A DNA stretch of 64,000 nucleotides from Bacteroidota bacterium (GCA_030550275.1 JAUQPR010000005.1:19899-83898), one strand, 5' to 3'. Positions 1 to 10,367 are shown, counted from the first letter of the stretch. Translations and numbers: made by a program. Notes: a model not told the origin generated them from the letters alone.

Positions 1-1009
1 GCGGCGCGAACTGGGTGAGGACGCCATCATCCTTTCCACACGCACCGTCCGCGCAGCGGAGAAACCAGATCACGAGCTCATCGAGATCATCGCCACTGCC
101 GCCCCCGCGCACTCAAGCTCACCCGCCGTAGGCGAGGAGCTGCCCATGGCATCACAGCTCCAGCAGGAGCTGGCAGCGCTCCGCAGCGCCGTACACGAGC
201 TCTCCCTCCAACTGCGCTTCGGGCAGGTTCGCTCGCTTCCGCAATGGCAGCTCCTCTGGGAGCTTGCTGAACGGGAGGGCTTCTCCGAGAGCTTCCTCCT
301 GCGCCACAGTGCGGGGCTGGACCCGTCCCTCCCACTGCCGGAGCTGCAGCAGCAACTCCGGCATTCCCTCCTGCAACACCTCCGCTACGTTCCGCTACCG
401 GAACCCAGCCACCATCCGCTCCGCATCGTGCTCACGGGACTCCCCGGCGCGGGCGTTACCACGAGCCTGCTGAAACTGGCGCTGTTCTATGCCCTTGAGC
501 GCGGCTATCCCGTGCAGATCGTCTCCGCTGCAACCGATACGCTCGGCGCCCTCGAACAGCTCCAACTCTTCAGCTCGGTCACCGATATCCCGGTTGCCGA
601 AGTGCATACGGCACGGGAGCTGCAGCGTCTGCTCGGCAGCATCCCGCCGATTCCGCAGGTGGTCTTGGTCGAGCTCCCTACGGGGAATCCTCTGCACGGG
701 CAGCTCCAGCAGTTGTGGCAGAGCTACAAGAGCGCAGCTCAGCCGGATGCGACCTACGCAGTGATGAGCGCAACGGAATCCTCCGCCAACGCTTCCGCAT
801 TCGTGCAGGCGTGGCGGGAGCTGGGCAGCGATGCCCTGGTACTCACCAAACTGGACCTCGCCGTAGGAATTGGCGCTGTGGTGGAGGTCTTGAGTACCAC
901 CGCCCTCCCCATTGTTGCGTTGGGGATTGGACCGCGCATTCCGGAGGATTTCGCGGCAGCAAGCCCAGGAGCACTGGAGCAGTTTATTCTTCGAGGTCAG
1001 CAGCGATGA
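1..1009 (+). CDS. flhF: Flagellar SRP-family GTPase FlhF (5'-partial; nucleotide motifs degenerate)
   Basis: Frame is open from position 2 (RRELGEDAIILSTR, typical FlhF N-terminus). G1-like GLPGAGVTT, G4 TKLD, and C-terminal GxRIPEDF are present. Lies upstream of flhG and fliA. Confidence 0.85.
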   Translation, partial: RRELGEDAIILSTRTVRAAEKPDHELIEIIATAAPAHSSSPAVGEELPMASQLQQELAALRSAVHELSLQLRFGQVRSLPQWQLLWELAEREGFSESFLLRHSAGLDPSLPLPELQQQLRHSLLQHLRYVPLPEPSHHPLRIVLTGLPGAGVTTSLLKLALFYALERGYPVQIVSAATDTLGALEQLQLFSSVTDIPVAEVHTARELQRLLGSIPPIPQVVLVELPTGNPLHGQLQQLWQSYKSAAQPDATYAVMSATESSANASAFVQAWRELGSDALVLTKLDLAVGIGAVVEVLSTTALPIVALGIGPRIPEDFAAASPGALEQFILRGQQR

Positions 1010-1788
1010 GACCTCCGCTGAGCATCGCCTTCGGGAGCGGTCGCGCCGGCGTAGGCAAAAGCACGCTTGTAGCCAACCTCGCCGTTGCTCTTCAGCGCCA
1101 GGGGTACCGCTGTCTGCTGTGGGATGCCAACATCTCGGCACCAACGCTGCATACGCTCTTCGGGGTGGACCCGCTCCTGCGCGCTGCCGATGCCTACTTC
1201 GGTCGCGTACAGCCGGAAGAGGTCCCGCTGGAGCTGCGCCCGGGGCTATGGCTGTTTGCCGAGCGCGCAACTTCATCGCCGGAAGCAGAGCAGCTCTTGG
1301 CGCGGCATTTCCAGAAGCTGTTGCAGCGGATTGCCCAACGCCTGCGCCCAGACGTTGTTCTGCTGGATCTCCCAGCCGGCTGGTCCGAGCTGGTCTACCT
1401 GGGCTGCTCCACGGCGGCGATGAACTGCCTGGTGCTGGGAGATGATATCGGCTCGGTCCTGGACGCTTACGGCTTTCTCAAAGCGCTCTCGGCACAGCCG
1501 GAAGCTCTCACGGTGCAGCTCATTGTCACCAACGTCGTGGACTCCTCCGATGCAGCCGAGATTGCGCAAAAGCTCAACACCGTTGCCGCGCGCTTTCTCG
1601 GACGGCGTTTTCCGCTCCTGGGAGAGGTGCCGTACGACCCGGCACACCGGGCAGCCCTCCTGCAACAGCGTCCGTTGGTTGAGCATCTGCCCACGGCGCC
1701 AGCGGCACAGGCATATCAGCGGCTTGCGATGGCGTTGATCCAAGCTCTGCAGCGCACCCATGCCCCGAGGGCGTCCCAAACAGCGTAG
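1006..1788 (+). CDS. flhG: MinD/ParA-family ATPase FlhG (FleN)
   Basis: ATG at 1006 overlaps the flhF stop (ATGA). Deviant Walker A SGRAGVGKS, DLPAG, DAYGFLK; flhF-flhG-fliA synteny. Confidence 0.85.
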   Translation: MRPPLSIAFGSGRAGVGKSTLVANLAVALQRQGYRCLLWDANISAPTLHTLFGVDPLLRAADAYFGRVQPEEVPLELRPGLWLFAERATSSPEAEQLLARHFQKLLQRIAQRLRPDVVLLDLPAGWSELVYLGCSTAAMNCLVLGDDIGSVLDAYGFLKALSAQPEALTVQLIVTNVVDSSDAAEIAQKLNTVAARFLGRRFPLLGEVPYDPAHRAALLQQRPLVEHLPTAPAAQAYQRLAMALIQALQRTHAPRASQTA

Positions 1789-2014
1789 CAGCACCATCGG
1801 TTTCGTGCTCAATGTCGGCGTGCTTGCCGGCTGCGTTGCACTGATTATCTTTGCTGTGCAGCCAGAGCTTGCGCTGGAGGCAGCACTGGTGCGCGCGTTT
1901 CTCGTCTTCGTGGTCAGTGTGCTGGTGACAACCTTCGTCATCGGAGCCCTGCAGATGCTTCGCCGTGCCCGCCAGAGCTCTGGCACAGAGGACCGTGTTG
2001 GTGAACCGCTGTAA
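1760..2014 (+). CDS. Small two-TM membrane protein
   Basis: 84-aa ORF with two hydrophobic segments, filling the gap between flhG and fliA. Confidence 0.6.
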   Translation: MPRGRPKQRSSTIGFVLNVGVLAGCVALIIFAVQPELALEAALVRAFLVFVVSVLVTTFVIGALQMLRRARQSSGTEDRVGEPL

Positions 2015-2022
2015 GGACAGCC

Positions 2023-2805
2023 ATGCGGGGTCAGCAACTCTCACCCGAAGCGCTGCAAGAGACGTGGGAGCAGTATTGGCGCGAGCGCTCCGACGAGGCG
2101 CGCCGCCGCTTGCTCCTGCACTACCTCTGGCTTGTCCGCTACGCCGTGCAAAGCCTGGACCTGCCCGACCATAGCGTGCTGAGCGAAGAGGATCTGCTCC
2201 ACACGGGCGTGCTGGGGCTCAACGAAGCCATTGAGCGGTTCGACCCGACCCGGGGCACAAAGTTTGAAACCTACGCCCTCCCGCGAATTCGCGGGGCTAT
2301 GCTCGATGAGCTGCGCAAACTGGACTGGATGACCCGCTCCGCACGGCAGAAGCTGCATACCTACCATCGCGCTGCCGAGCTACTGCGCCAACAAAAGGGT
2401 GATGAGGTCTCCAGCGAAGAGGTGCGCCACTTCCTGGGGCTCTCCGAGCAGGAGTACCGCTCCTACCTGCAGGTGCTCTCCGAAGCGTACGCGACGCTCC
2501 CGAGCGAACCGTTCGGCGAGGAGGAGGAAGAGGCACACCCTGATCCACTGGAAACCGTGCCCGATCCCCATGCGCTCGATCCCAGCGAGGAGGTACACCG
2601 GCGCCAGCTCCTGGAGTTCATCCAGGAGTACCTGGCAAAGCTGCCCGAACGCAAGCGCCTGGTGATGGTGCTCTACTACTACGAAGGGCTGACCTTCCGC
2701 GAGATCGGGCAACTGCTCAACGTCACCGAAAGCCGCGTCTGCCAAATCCACGCCCAAGTGCTCGAAGAGATTCGCACCCAACTGCGCATCCACCACCATG
2801 CTTGA
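2023..2805 (+). CDS. fliA: RNA polymerase sigma-28 factor (FliA/WhiG family)
   Basis: FDPTRGTKFETYALPRIRGAMLDELRKLDW region 2 and LYYYEGLTFREIGQLLNVTESRVCQIH region 4. Confidence 0.95.
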   Translation: MRGQQLSPEALQETWEQYWRERSDEARRRLLLHYLWLVRYAVQSLDLPDHSVLSEEDLLHTGVLGLNEAIERFDPTRGTKFETYALPRIRGAMLDELRKLDWMTRSARQKLHTYHRAAELLRQQKGDEVSSEEVRHFLGLSEQEYRSYLQVLSEAYATLPSEPFGEEEEEAHPDPLETVPDPHALDPSEEVHRRQLLEFIQEYLAKLPERKRLVMVLYYYEGLTFREIGQLLNVTESRVCQIHAQVLEEIRTQLRIHHHA

Positions 2806-3712
2806 GCCCTCGCTGCAGCAGCGCCTCCGCCGGGTGGAATCCCTCCCCACTATTCCGCCGATTCTCCTCCAGGTACTGCACCTGCTGGAGAATCCGGAGG
2901 TTAGCGCCAGTGCTCTCGCCGACCTCATCGAGCGCGACCAGGCGCTGACGGCACGGCTGCTGCGCATCGCCAACTCGCCCCTCTATGGCTTCCCGCGCAA
3001 GGTAACCACAATTCGGCTGGCGATCGCCCTCTTGGGGAACGATACTCTCCGCGAGCTCCTCATGGGCACCGTTGCGTACGACTTCGTCCGCTTGGGACCC
3101 AACCACGAGCAGCTGCGCGAGGAGCTGTGGAGGTATTCGCTCTACTGCGCCGTTGCATGCCGCTGGCTGGCGCGCCGGCTGGGGTATCGCCCCCTTGGGG
3201 AAGCCTTTGTTGCCGGACTGCTGCACGACATTGGGGTTCTGCTTGCGGCAGCGTATCTGCCCGAGGAGTTCGCTGCCATCTTCCGCTACCAAGCCCGCCA
3301 CCGCATAGCCTACTGCGAAGCTGAGCTTGCCGTGTTGGGCACAACCCATGCCGAGCTGGGTTTCTGGCTTGCCGAACGCTGGGGATTGCCGGAGGTGCTC
3401 GCCATTGTGATGCGCGATCACCACATGCCCGACCCTCCCCCATACCCCAGCTCCCTCCCTCCGCACTCCCCGTTGGCGCAGTTGAACCAGCCATTGACCG
3501 CGCTTGCTGCCTGTGCTGAATATTTGGCGCACCACGCAGGGCTGCGTGCCTGGAGCGGCGAGGAGCAGCTCCATTCGCCGCTGTACTTCCCCACCGCCTT
3601 GCGGCAGCACCTTGTGGCACACGGCGTGCTATATGAATCGGGGGAACCCGAACCCGCCATCCTGGAGGAGCTCCACGCGGAATACCTCCAGTTGGCGAAC
3701 ATCCCGTGGTAG
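2798..3712 (+). CDS. HDOD domain protein
   Basis: LPTIP...DQALTARLLRIANSPLYG...AGLLHDIG...HAELG...W.LP motif series. Confidence 0.9.
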   Translation: MLEPSLQQRLRRVESLPTIPPILLQVLHLLENPEVSASALADLIERDQALTARLLRIANSPLYGFPRKVTTIRLAIALLGNDTLRELLMGTVAYDFVRLGPNHEQLREELWRYSLYCAVACRWLARRLGYRPLGEAFVAGLLHDIGVLLAAAYLPEEFAAIFRYQARHRIAYCEAELAVLGTTHAELGFWLAERWGLPEVLAIVMRDHHMPDPPPYPSSLPPHSPLAQLNQPLTALAACAEYLAHHAGLRAWSGEEQLHSPLYFPTALRQHLVAHGVLYESGEPEPAILEELHAEYLQLANIPW

Positions 3713-3751
3713 CGCTGCCGCGCTGTACGCACAGCAGCAAAGACAGCAGCA

Positions 3752-5206
3752 ATGGCGCGATACGCCCTGTGCTCTCTCCTGATCGCCGTAGCCCTTGCAG
3801 AGGCTGCGCCGACGTTGGAGCGGTACGAGCGCGATAGCCTGGGACGCCTCCTCCTCTACTGCTCACAGCCTCCGACGGGGTGGAGCTCAGAGCTCTCTGC
3901 AGACAAACGGCGTGTGATCCTACGCCTCTCCGGCACACAGCTTTCGCCACAGGCGACCCAGCGCTCATGGCAATCGGGTCTGCTGCGCGAGGTCTACCCC
4001 CGCCGACATGGGGACAGTGTATGGGTGTACGTCCTCTTTGCCCAGCCCGTCGGATACAGCCTTGTATGGCTGCCTTACTCAAGCGCTTTCCTGCTGACCC
4101 CGGTGCAATGGGACCGGCTCACACCGGCGGAAGACCTCTACCACAGCGCTCTCCTGGCACTGGAGGTTGGAGCGGAAGCCCTTGCCGATAGCCTCCTCTC
4201 CGAAGCCGCACATGGCGGTCATCCCGACGCAGCTGCTTTGGTGGGCATCCGCACATTGCAACGGGGCATGCCGCTGACGGCATTGCAATGGCTGCGTGCT
4301 GGCTTCATACGTGGGAGCCGGCTGCCGGACCTCTACGCTGCAACCGCTCTGCTTGCCCTCTCCGCTGGGCAGGGTGTGCTCGCCCAATGGGCAGCCCGCT
4401 ACTTCACCGCTCTGTCGGCTCGCCCTCTTCCACCTGTGCCGAGCTTCCCTCCGGATAGCCTTGCAGCCGTGCTGGAACAGACACTTGCCGCACCGCTTCT
4501 GGATACCACAGTAGCTCCACCGCTGGCAGTGCCACCGGTGGACACTATCCCAACCGCACGAGCGGACTCGGCGTCTTCAGCCGTGAAGAACGCACGAAGC
4601 TCCTCCGGCACTCTCCCGCAATGGCTCCTGGTGTGGGCACCAATTGCCTTTGGGCTGGGCACAATTGGGCTTATTGCCCTGCTCCTGCGCAAGCTCTGGC
4701 AGAGGAGTCGGGCTCCGAGCTCGCCCACATCTTCGCCGCCGCCCGCTGCCGAGTTCGCCGCACATGTCCAGGCAGCCCTGCGCCGCTATCGGGAAGCCGA
4801 AGAGAGAACACCACCTTCGGAGCCGGCTCCTGTGGCAACGGCGTCGGAATCGGCTCCCTCCGCTCCAGAACCCACCCCATCTCTTGCAGACCCTGCAGCC
4901 GTCCTTGAAGAGACACGGCGAACGGCACAGCTCAGCACCGAGCTGCGCCAGCTCTGGAGGCACCGCATAGGGCAGCGGCAGCACTACGTGCGCTCGGTCC
5001 TGCAGCAGCTTACTCCCGAACACCTCCCGGAATCGGAGCAGGAGCGCGCACAACTGGCGCGGCGCCTCTCCATTGCTCCACAAGCGCTGGAGCTCCATCT
5101 CCGGTTGCGCGAACGCTCTGCTGCCGAATCCGCCCGGTGCATCCAAGGCTCTCCATCGTTCGTCTCCACCCCCAACGGAGCATCACATCCGGAAGGGGCA
5201 GCATGA
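3752..5206 (+). CDS. Hypothetical exported/membrane-anchored protein
   Basis: Signal peptide, internal TM helix (WLLVWAPIAFGLGTIGLIALLL) and Pro-rich linkers; in operon arrangement. Confidence 0.65.
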   Translation: MARYALCSLLIAVALAEAAPTLERYERDSLGRLLLYCSQPPTGWSSELSADKRRVILRLSGTQLSPQATQRSWQSGLLREVYPRRHGDSVWVYVLFAQPVGYSLVWLPYSSAFLLTPVQWDRLTPAEDLYHSALLALEVGAEALADSLLSEAAHGGHPDAAALVGIRTLQRGMPLTALQWLRAGFIRGSRLPDLYAATALLALSAGQGVLAQWAARYFTALSARPLPPVPSFPPDSLAAVLEQTLAAPLLDTTVAPPLAVPPVDTIPTARADSASSAVKNARSSSGTLPQWLLVWAPIAFGLGTIGLIALLLRKLWQRSRAPSSPTSSPPPAAEFAAHVQAALRRYREAEERTPPSEPAPVATASESAPSAPEPTPSLADPAAVLEETRRTAQLSTELRQLWRHRIGQRQHYVRSVLQQLTPEHLPESEQERAQLARRLSIAPQALELHLRLRERSAAESARCIQGSPSFVSTPNGASHPEGAA

Positions 5207-5607
5207 AGCAATGGGGACGTGTGTGGATTGTGCTCTTGGCAACGCTTGGACCGCTGTGGGCACGGGAGCAGCCGGCGCTGCGCTGGCAGGAGCCGGGAGC
5301 GCTTGTGCTCCAAGCCGAGCGCCGCACGGTTGCGGATTCGCTCCCGCGCGAGCATCGCATTCAGGGGATTCGGGAAGCCAACGGGGAGCACTTTCTCATC
5401 GTTGAGCTTGCCTCCGAGCAGCGCCGACTGGAGATCGCCGTATACAACCTGCTGGGCAAGCGCGTGGCGACGGTCTACCAGGGGAAGGCTTCTCCGGGGG
5501 TGCACGAGTATCCGATCCCGAGCGCCGGGCTCCCCAATGGCGTCTATATCTGCGTCGTGCAGGGCGATGGATTCCGGCTGGCACAGAAGTTCGTGGTGGC
5601 TCACTGA
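5203..5607 (+). CDS. Small protein with T9SS type A C-terminal sorting domain
   Basis: Signal peptide MKQWGRVWIVLLATL; C-terminal IAVYNLLGKRV...LPNGVYICVV...KFVV pattern. Confidence 0.8.
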   Translation: MKQWGRVWIVLLATLGPLWAREQPALRWQEPGALVLQAERRTVADSLPREHRIQGIREANGEHFLIVELASEQRRLEIAVYNLLGKRVATVYQGKASPGVHEYPIPSAGLPNGVYICVVQGDGFRLAQKFVVAH

Positions 5608-6616
5608 AGTAGTCCTGCTCCTGGGGTGGCTGACAGCAGTCCAGGCGCAGCCGCTCATGCCGGCCACGGCAGGAGCATCCCTGCAACGCCCAGTTGGAGC
5701 TCGCCCCATTGGGCTGGGGGGCACGTACGTTGCCATCGCGAACGAACCCAGCGGCATCTTTGCCAATCCTGCGCCGATAGCCTGGTTGCCTCCACAGGCG
5801 CAGCTGAGCGCAACGGTGAGTGCACTGGGGCTGGGGCGGACCTCTGCTGCTCTGGCGTACGCTCAGGCAGTCAGCCCCGGTATCGGCATCGGTGTCGGGG
5901 TGCTCCGCTTCGGCGCCGGAGAGCTCCGGCTTCGTACCGCTGAGGGAATCCCCGCCGGAACGGCAACGGCACAGGATGTTGCACTCACCCTCTGCGGCGC
6001 CCTCGGCTGGGAGTTCCTCTCCACAGGGCTTGCCGCAAAGTACCTCTGGAGCGGGCTTTCCGGGACGGATATCAGCGCCAGCGGCTTTGCTTTCGACTTG
6101 GGAGCCAGCGCCCGTGTGGCGGAGCTCCTCTCCCTGGGCGTTGCGGTGCGCAACCTGGGAGGGCGGCTGCACTGGGCATCGGGCTGGGAGAATCTCCCCT
6201 ACACCGTGCACGTGGGGATTGCAACGGAGTTCAATTTCGGCGTCCCTGAGCGCGCCGAACGCTCTCCGGTCACCGGCGAGCTATCCCCGCAGCGGCTGAT
6301 ATCGGCAGAGTACGTGCTGCTGGGCATTGAACTGCAGTACGTCCAAGGGGCTGCGCGCCCGATGCTGCTGCTGGGCATCGAAGCGGTACCGATTGCCGGG
6401 CTTGCCGTGCGCGCCGGTACCAGCCTGTTTGCCGATTCCGAAGGGCATGCCCGCTGGCTGCCCGGGCATCACAGCGCAGCGGGCATCTCCGTGCAACTCC
6501 CTCCGCTGGAAGCAGTACCACTGCGCCTCCAGCTCGACTACAGCCTCAGCGCCGAACCCACCAGCCCCTCCCGCATTGCCCATACAGCGAGTCTGACCGC
6601 CTCCATTGCTCGATGA
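5567..6616 (+). CDS. PorV/PorQ-family outer-membrane beta-barrel protein
   Basis: GARPIGLGGTYVAIANEPSGIFANPA N-terminal motif and FAFDLG; start codon approximate. Confidence 0.75.
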   Translation: MDSGWHRSSWWLTEVVLLLGWLTAVQAQPLMPATAGASLQRPVGARPIGLGGTYVAIANEPSGIFANPAPIAWLPPQAQLSATVSALGLGRTSAALAYAQAVSPGIGIGVGVLRFGAGELRLRTAEGIPAGTATAQDVALTLCGALGWEFLSTGLAAKYLWSGLSGTDISASGFAFDLGASARVAELLSLGVAVRNLGGRLHWASGWENLPYTVHVGIATEFNFGVPERAERSPVTGELSPQRLISAEYVLLGIELQYVQGAARPMLLLGIEAVPIAGLAVRAGTSLFADSEGHARWLPGHHSAAGISVQLPPLEAVPLRLQLDYSLSAEPTSPSRIAHTASLTASIAR

Positions 6617-7770
6617 AGCAGTACGGCTTTGCCACGCGAGCGATCCACGTTGGGCAGGAAGCGGACCCGCTCACCGGAGCGGTTGTGCCGCCGCTGTACA
6701 TGACCTCCACCTACGCGCAGGAGGCTCCTGGGGTGCACAAGGGCTACGAGTACTCGCGCACCGACAACCCCACCCGGCGCGCCTGGGAGCGCAACATCGC
6801 AGCCCTGGAGGAGGGCACCGACGCAATCGCCTTCTCCAGCGGGATGGCGGCAATCGATAGCGTGGTGCGCCTGCTCCAACCGGGTGAGCACATCGTCGCG
6901 TGCGCTGACCTCTACGGCGGGACGGTGCGCCTGTTCGAGCGCGTCTGGAAAGCCTACGGTATCGGCGTCAGCTATGCCGAGGAGAGCACGCCCGATGCCA
7001 TCGCTGCCGAATTCACTCCACAGACGCGGATGCTGTACCTGGAGAGCCCCACCAACCCGCTGCTCCAGATCGCCGACATCGCGCAGCTCTCCGCCCTTGC
7101 CCACGCCCGCAATGCGTGGGTGGTGGTAGACAACACCTTCGCTACCCCATATGCCCAGACTCCGCTGACGCTGGGGGCAGACCTTGTGGTGCATTCCACG
7201 ACGAAGTACCTTGCAGGGCACTCCGACCTCATTGGGGGTGTTATCGTCGTGCGCCATGCCGAGCTTGCCGAACGGCTGCGCTTTCTTCAAAACGCCGTCG
7301 GTGCCATCCCCAGCCCTTTCGACTGCTGGCTATGCCTGCGCTCGGTCAAGACGCTGGCGCTGCGGATGCAGCAGCACGAGCGCAACGCGCTGGCAGTCGC
7401 CCAGCTCCTGGCACAGCACCCCCGGGTCGTTCGGGTCCACTATCCCGGGCTTGCCACCCATCCGCAGCACGAGCTGGCGCGACGGCAGATGCGCAACTTC
7501 GGTGGGGTCCTTTCGGTAGAGTTTCCCAGCGAGCAGCATGCACGCGCCTTCCTGCAAGCGCTGCGGCTTTTCACGCTGGCGGAATCTCTCGGCGGTGTGG
7601 AGTCCCTGGCGTGCCATCCGGCGACGATGACCCACGCCAGCGTGCCACGGGAGCGCCGTCTGCGGCTGGGCATCACCGATGGGTTGGTCCGGCTCTCGTG
7701 CGGAATCGAGGAGACGGAGGACCTCCTTGCCGATATCGAGCAGGCTCTGGCAGCCGTAGAGCGCCTCTAA
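6613..7770 (+). CDS. Cystathionine gamma-synthase/gamma-lyase (PLP trans-sulfuration enzyme)
   Basis: YEYSRTDNPT, ESPTNP, DNTFATP, HSTTKYLAGHSD (PLP lysine), AESLGGVESL. Confidence 0.93.
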   Translation: MKQYGFATRAIHVGQEADPLTGAVVPPLYMTSTYAQEAPGVHKGYEYSRTDNPTRRAWERNIAALEEGTDAIAFSSGMAAIDSVVRLLQPGEHIVACADLYGGTVRLFERVWKAYGIGVSYAEESTPDAIAAEFTPQTRMLYLESPTNPLLQIADIAQLSALAHARNAWVVVDNTFATPYAQTPLTLGADLVVHSTTKYLAGHSDLIGGVIVVRHAELAERLRFLQNAVGAIPSPFDCWLCLRSVKTLALRMQQHERNALAVAQLLAQHPRVVRVHYPGLATHPQHELARRQMRNFGGVLSVEFPSEQHARAFLQALRLFTLAESLGGVESLACHPATMTHASVPRERRLRLGITDGLVRLSCGIEETEDLLADIEQALAAVERL

Positions 7771-9590
7771 CGCTTACGCTTCTTTGGAGTCCGGCGCGGA
7801 TTGGACTGCTGCGGGTTGAGCCGGCGTGCCAGGCTCGGCGGAAGGCGTTCGGCTTGCTCCTCGGCAAGGGCTTGCGCTTCGCGGAGACGGCGCATGAGCC
7901 AGCCCTCCTTCCGCGGTTGCCGCTTGAGGTCCTCCAGGGTGAGCTTCTGCTTGCGCCAGCGAGTCAGGTAGAGCTGGTGCACAATCCCCAGCAGGTTGAA
8001 CGTGAAGTAGTACAGGTTCAGCCCCGCGGGGAAGGCGGAGAAGAGCAGCGTCAGAAGCACCGGAAAGACGTAGGTCATCCAGCGTTGGCGCGGGTCCGTC
8101 ACCGTGAGGCGCTGCTGCACAAAGAGCGCTGCGCCCATCAGGAGCGCCAGCCCGGAGATGTAGTTGACCCCCAGGAGCGGGATCCGGAACGGAAGCGTCA
8201 CCAGGCGGTCCGGCACTGAAAGGTCCGTAATCCACAGCACAAAGGGGGTTTGGCGCAGCTCGATGGAGTAGTTCAGCACCGCCCAGAGGGCGTACAGGAT
8301 GGGGATCTGCAGCAGCATCGGCAGGCAACCGCTCATGGGGTTGATGCCGTACTCCTGGTAGAGCCGGAATAGCTCCCGCTGCTGCGCTTGGAGGTCGTCT
8401 CTGTAGCGTTCGCGAATCTTCTGGAGCTCTGGTGCCAGGAGCTGCATCCGCTGCGCCGAGCGCAGTTGCGGCAGTATCAGCGGGTGCAGCAGCAGCTTCA
8501 TCAGCAGCGCAAAGACAATGATGGCGATGCCGTAGTTGGGAATGAGCCAGTGGATCGCCTTGAGCACCGGCAGCATGAAGTACTCGCCGATGGGGCGCAC
8601 CAGCCAGCGGAGCCCGAACTCCACCATCGACTCCAGCCCGTACTGGCGCACCACATCGTAGGCAAGCGGTCCGACGTAGAGCTGCACTACATGTTCCTGC
8701 CTGCCCCCGCGGTAGGGCAGCCGAAGCGCCACTTCGTAGCGCTCCACCACGCCGTGATTCGGCGCCGGGAAGCGCTGCCCACGCGCGTAGACCGTCAGCT
8801 CGCTTGGGCGCGGCACAGGGATGAGCGCTGCAGCGAAGTACTTTACCTTCAGCCCCGCAAAGTCAATCTGCCCCGTTGCCTGCGTCTCCACGCTCTGACC
8901 GACCTCATGCGCATCGAGCTCTTCGAGCTCTCCGGCAAGGGAGATGAGCGCCCGTGCACTGTTGGACTCATCCACGCTGTTGTACTCCTGGTACTTGAGC
9001 CCACCGCTCCAGACCAGCTCCAGCCGGCGCTGGGCAACGAGATTCTCCACATTCGAGAGCACCACACCGGTCAGCACATCGTAGCGGTCGCCGTAGAAGC
9101 GGTACCAGCGTTCCACAAAGCGCACGGAATCCAGCCTGTAGCGCGCCCGTACCTCGAGCGAATCTCCAGCGGGGATGGTGTAGAGCGTATCGGTGGGGAG
9201 GTTGAATTCGAAGTGCCACCGGCGTGTATTCACGCGCCGCCCCTGGAAGTCGTAGAACTCCAGCGCCAAGGGGCGCTCGCCGGAAGGGATGAGCTGTACC
9301 GGCGTTCCGTTCCACGCCTTGTACTGGCGCAGCTCCCACCGGGCAAGGGTCCCGCCAGCGGAGCTGAGCCAGATCATCGCCCGCTGCGTCTGGACGCGGA
9401 GGAACACCTCCGGCGGCTGCGCTGCCGTATCGGCTGGCTGAAGCGCCGGTGGGGCCGTTGCCGGGGCAGCACTTGTCCGGAGCGTATCCGTAGGCTGCGG
9501 GGATGGAGCGTAGCGGATGGACATGTACAGGGTCCACACCGTCGTCAGTAGCGCAATCAGCACAATGCCCAGGAGCGCGCGGCGGTCCAT
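7767..9590 (-). CDS. yidC: Membrane protein insertase YidC
   Basis: NYGIAII, GINPMSGCLPMLLQIPI, LWITDLSVPD, PAGLNLYY; rpmH-rnpA-yidD-yidC synteny. Confidence 0.96.
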   Translation of the reverse strand: MDRRALLGIVLIALLTTVWTLYMSIRYAPSPQPTDTLRTSAAPATAPPALQPADTAAQPPEVFLRVQTQRAMIWLSSAGGTLARWELRQYKAWNGTPVQLIPSGERPLALEFYDFQGRRVNTRRWHFEFNLPTDTLYTIPAGDSLEVRARYRLDSVRFVERWYRFYGDRYDVLTGVVLSNVENLVAQRRLELVWSGGLKYQEYNSVDESNSARALISLAGELEELDAHEVGQSVETQATGQIDFAGLKVKYFAAALIPVPRPSELTVYARGQRFPAPNHGVVERYEVALRLPYRGGRQEHVVQLYVGPLAYDVVRQYGLESMVEFGLRWLVRPIGEYFMLPVLKAIHWLIPNYGIAIIVFALLMKLLLHPLILPQLRSAQRMQLLAPELQKIRERYRDDLQAQQRELFRLYQEYGINPMSGCLPMLLQIPILYALWAVLNYSIELRQTPFVLWITDLSVPDRLVTLPFRIPLLGVNYISGLALLMGAALFVQQRLTVTDPRQRWMTYVFPVLLTLLFSAFPAGLNLYYFTFNLLGIVHQLYLTRWRKQKLTLEDLKRQPRKEGWLMRRLREAQALAEEQAERLPPSLARRLNPQQSNPRRTPKKRKR

Positions 9591-9602
9591 AGGTTGCTCA
9601 GC

Positions 9603-9812
9603 TTATGGCACAGGATCGATGCCGCCAGGGTGCCAGGGATGACAGCGCAGGAGCCGTCGCAGCGCAAGCGCTCCACCTTTGAGCACGCCATAGCGCCGGA
9701 GTGCCTGTTCGGCATACTCGGAGCAGGAGGGATAGAAGCGGCACGCCCCGGGCAGCAGCGGCGAAACCAGCAGCCGGTACAGCCGAATCACTCCGATGAG
9801 GAGCGCACGCAT
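9603..9812 (-). CDS. yidD: Membrane protein insertion efficiency factor YidD
   Basis: [33 protein letters not shown]...[14 protein letters not shown]; the real start is internal to the long track ORF. Confidence 0.93.
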   Translation of the reverse strand: MRALLIGVIRLYRLLVSPLLPGACRFYPSCSEYAEQALRRYGVLKGGALALRRLLRCHPWHPGGIDPVP

Positions 9813-10177
9813 GAGCCCGAGACCGCTTGTTGCAGAACCTCTTGCACCACCGGCAGCACGTCGTGCAGTCGAATGCGGGCGGGATGCTCCGGTGCATTCC
9901 CCCGCCAAACCAACGCAACCGCCCGAAGCGGGAGCTGGAGGGCGAATCGGGGAAGGAGCTGACGGAGCGCTTCCCGCAGCAGCCGCCGAATCCGGCTCCG
10001 GACGACAGCCTTCTTGACTCGCCGCCGCGGGACGCTCACCACATACCCCACACTGCCGGGCGGCGCTCCAGCATCGGCAACCTGTACAACGAGCAACAGC
10101 ATGGGATGGACAACCCGCAACCCCGTTGTCCACAGCTCCTGAATTGCCTTCCGCTCCTTGAGTGGGCGCAGTACCAC
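9788..10177 (-). CDS. rnpA: Ribonuclease P protein component
   Basis: [16 protein letters not shown] (RNR-like motif); lies between rpmH and yidD. Confidence 0.88.
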   Translation of the reverse strand: MVLRPLKERKAIQELWTTGLRVVHPMLLLVVQVADAGAPPGSVGYVVSVPRRRVKKAVVRSRIRRLLREALRQLLPRFALQLPLRAVALVWRGNAPEHPARIRLHDVLPVVQEVLQQAVSGSCVRSSSE

Positions 10178-10327
10178 TTACGGTCGCTCGTCGCTCACCG
10201 TGAGCTTGTGCCGCCCTTTGGCTCGGCGCCGTGCAAGTACCTTCCGTCCACTCTTGCTCTTCATCCGCGCCCGAAATCCATGCTTGCGGCGCCGCTTCGT
10301 GCGGCTGGGCTGATACGTCAAGCGCAT
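10178..10327 (-). CDS. rpmH: 50S ribosomal protein L34
   Basis: Manually translated 49 aa [49 protein letters not shown]; below the ORF-track cutoff. Confidence 0.95.
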   Translation of the reverse strand: MRLTYQPSRTKRRRKHGFRARMKSKSGRKVLARRRAKGRHKLTVSDERP

Positions 10328-10359
10328 GAGCCGTCCTCCGACTACACCGACGCAGCATG

Positions 10360-10367
10360 CAAAGATA
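10360..10367 (-). promoter_or_regulatory. TAnnTTTG (-7 type) promoter element for the rpmH operon
   Basis: TATCTTTG on the minus strand ~33 nt upstream of rpmH. Confidence 0.55.
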
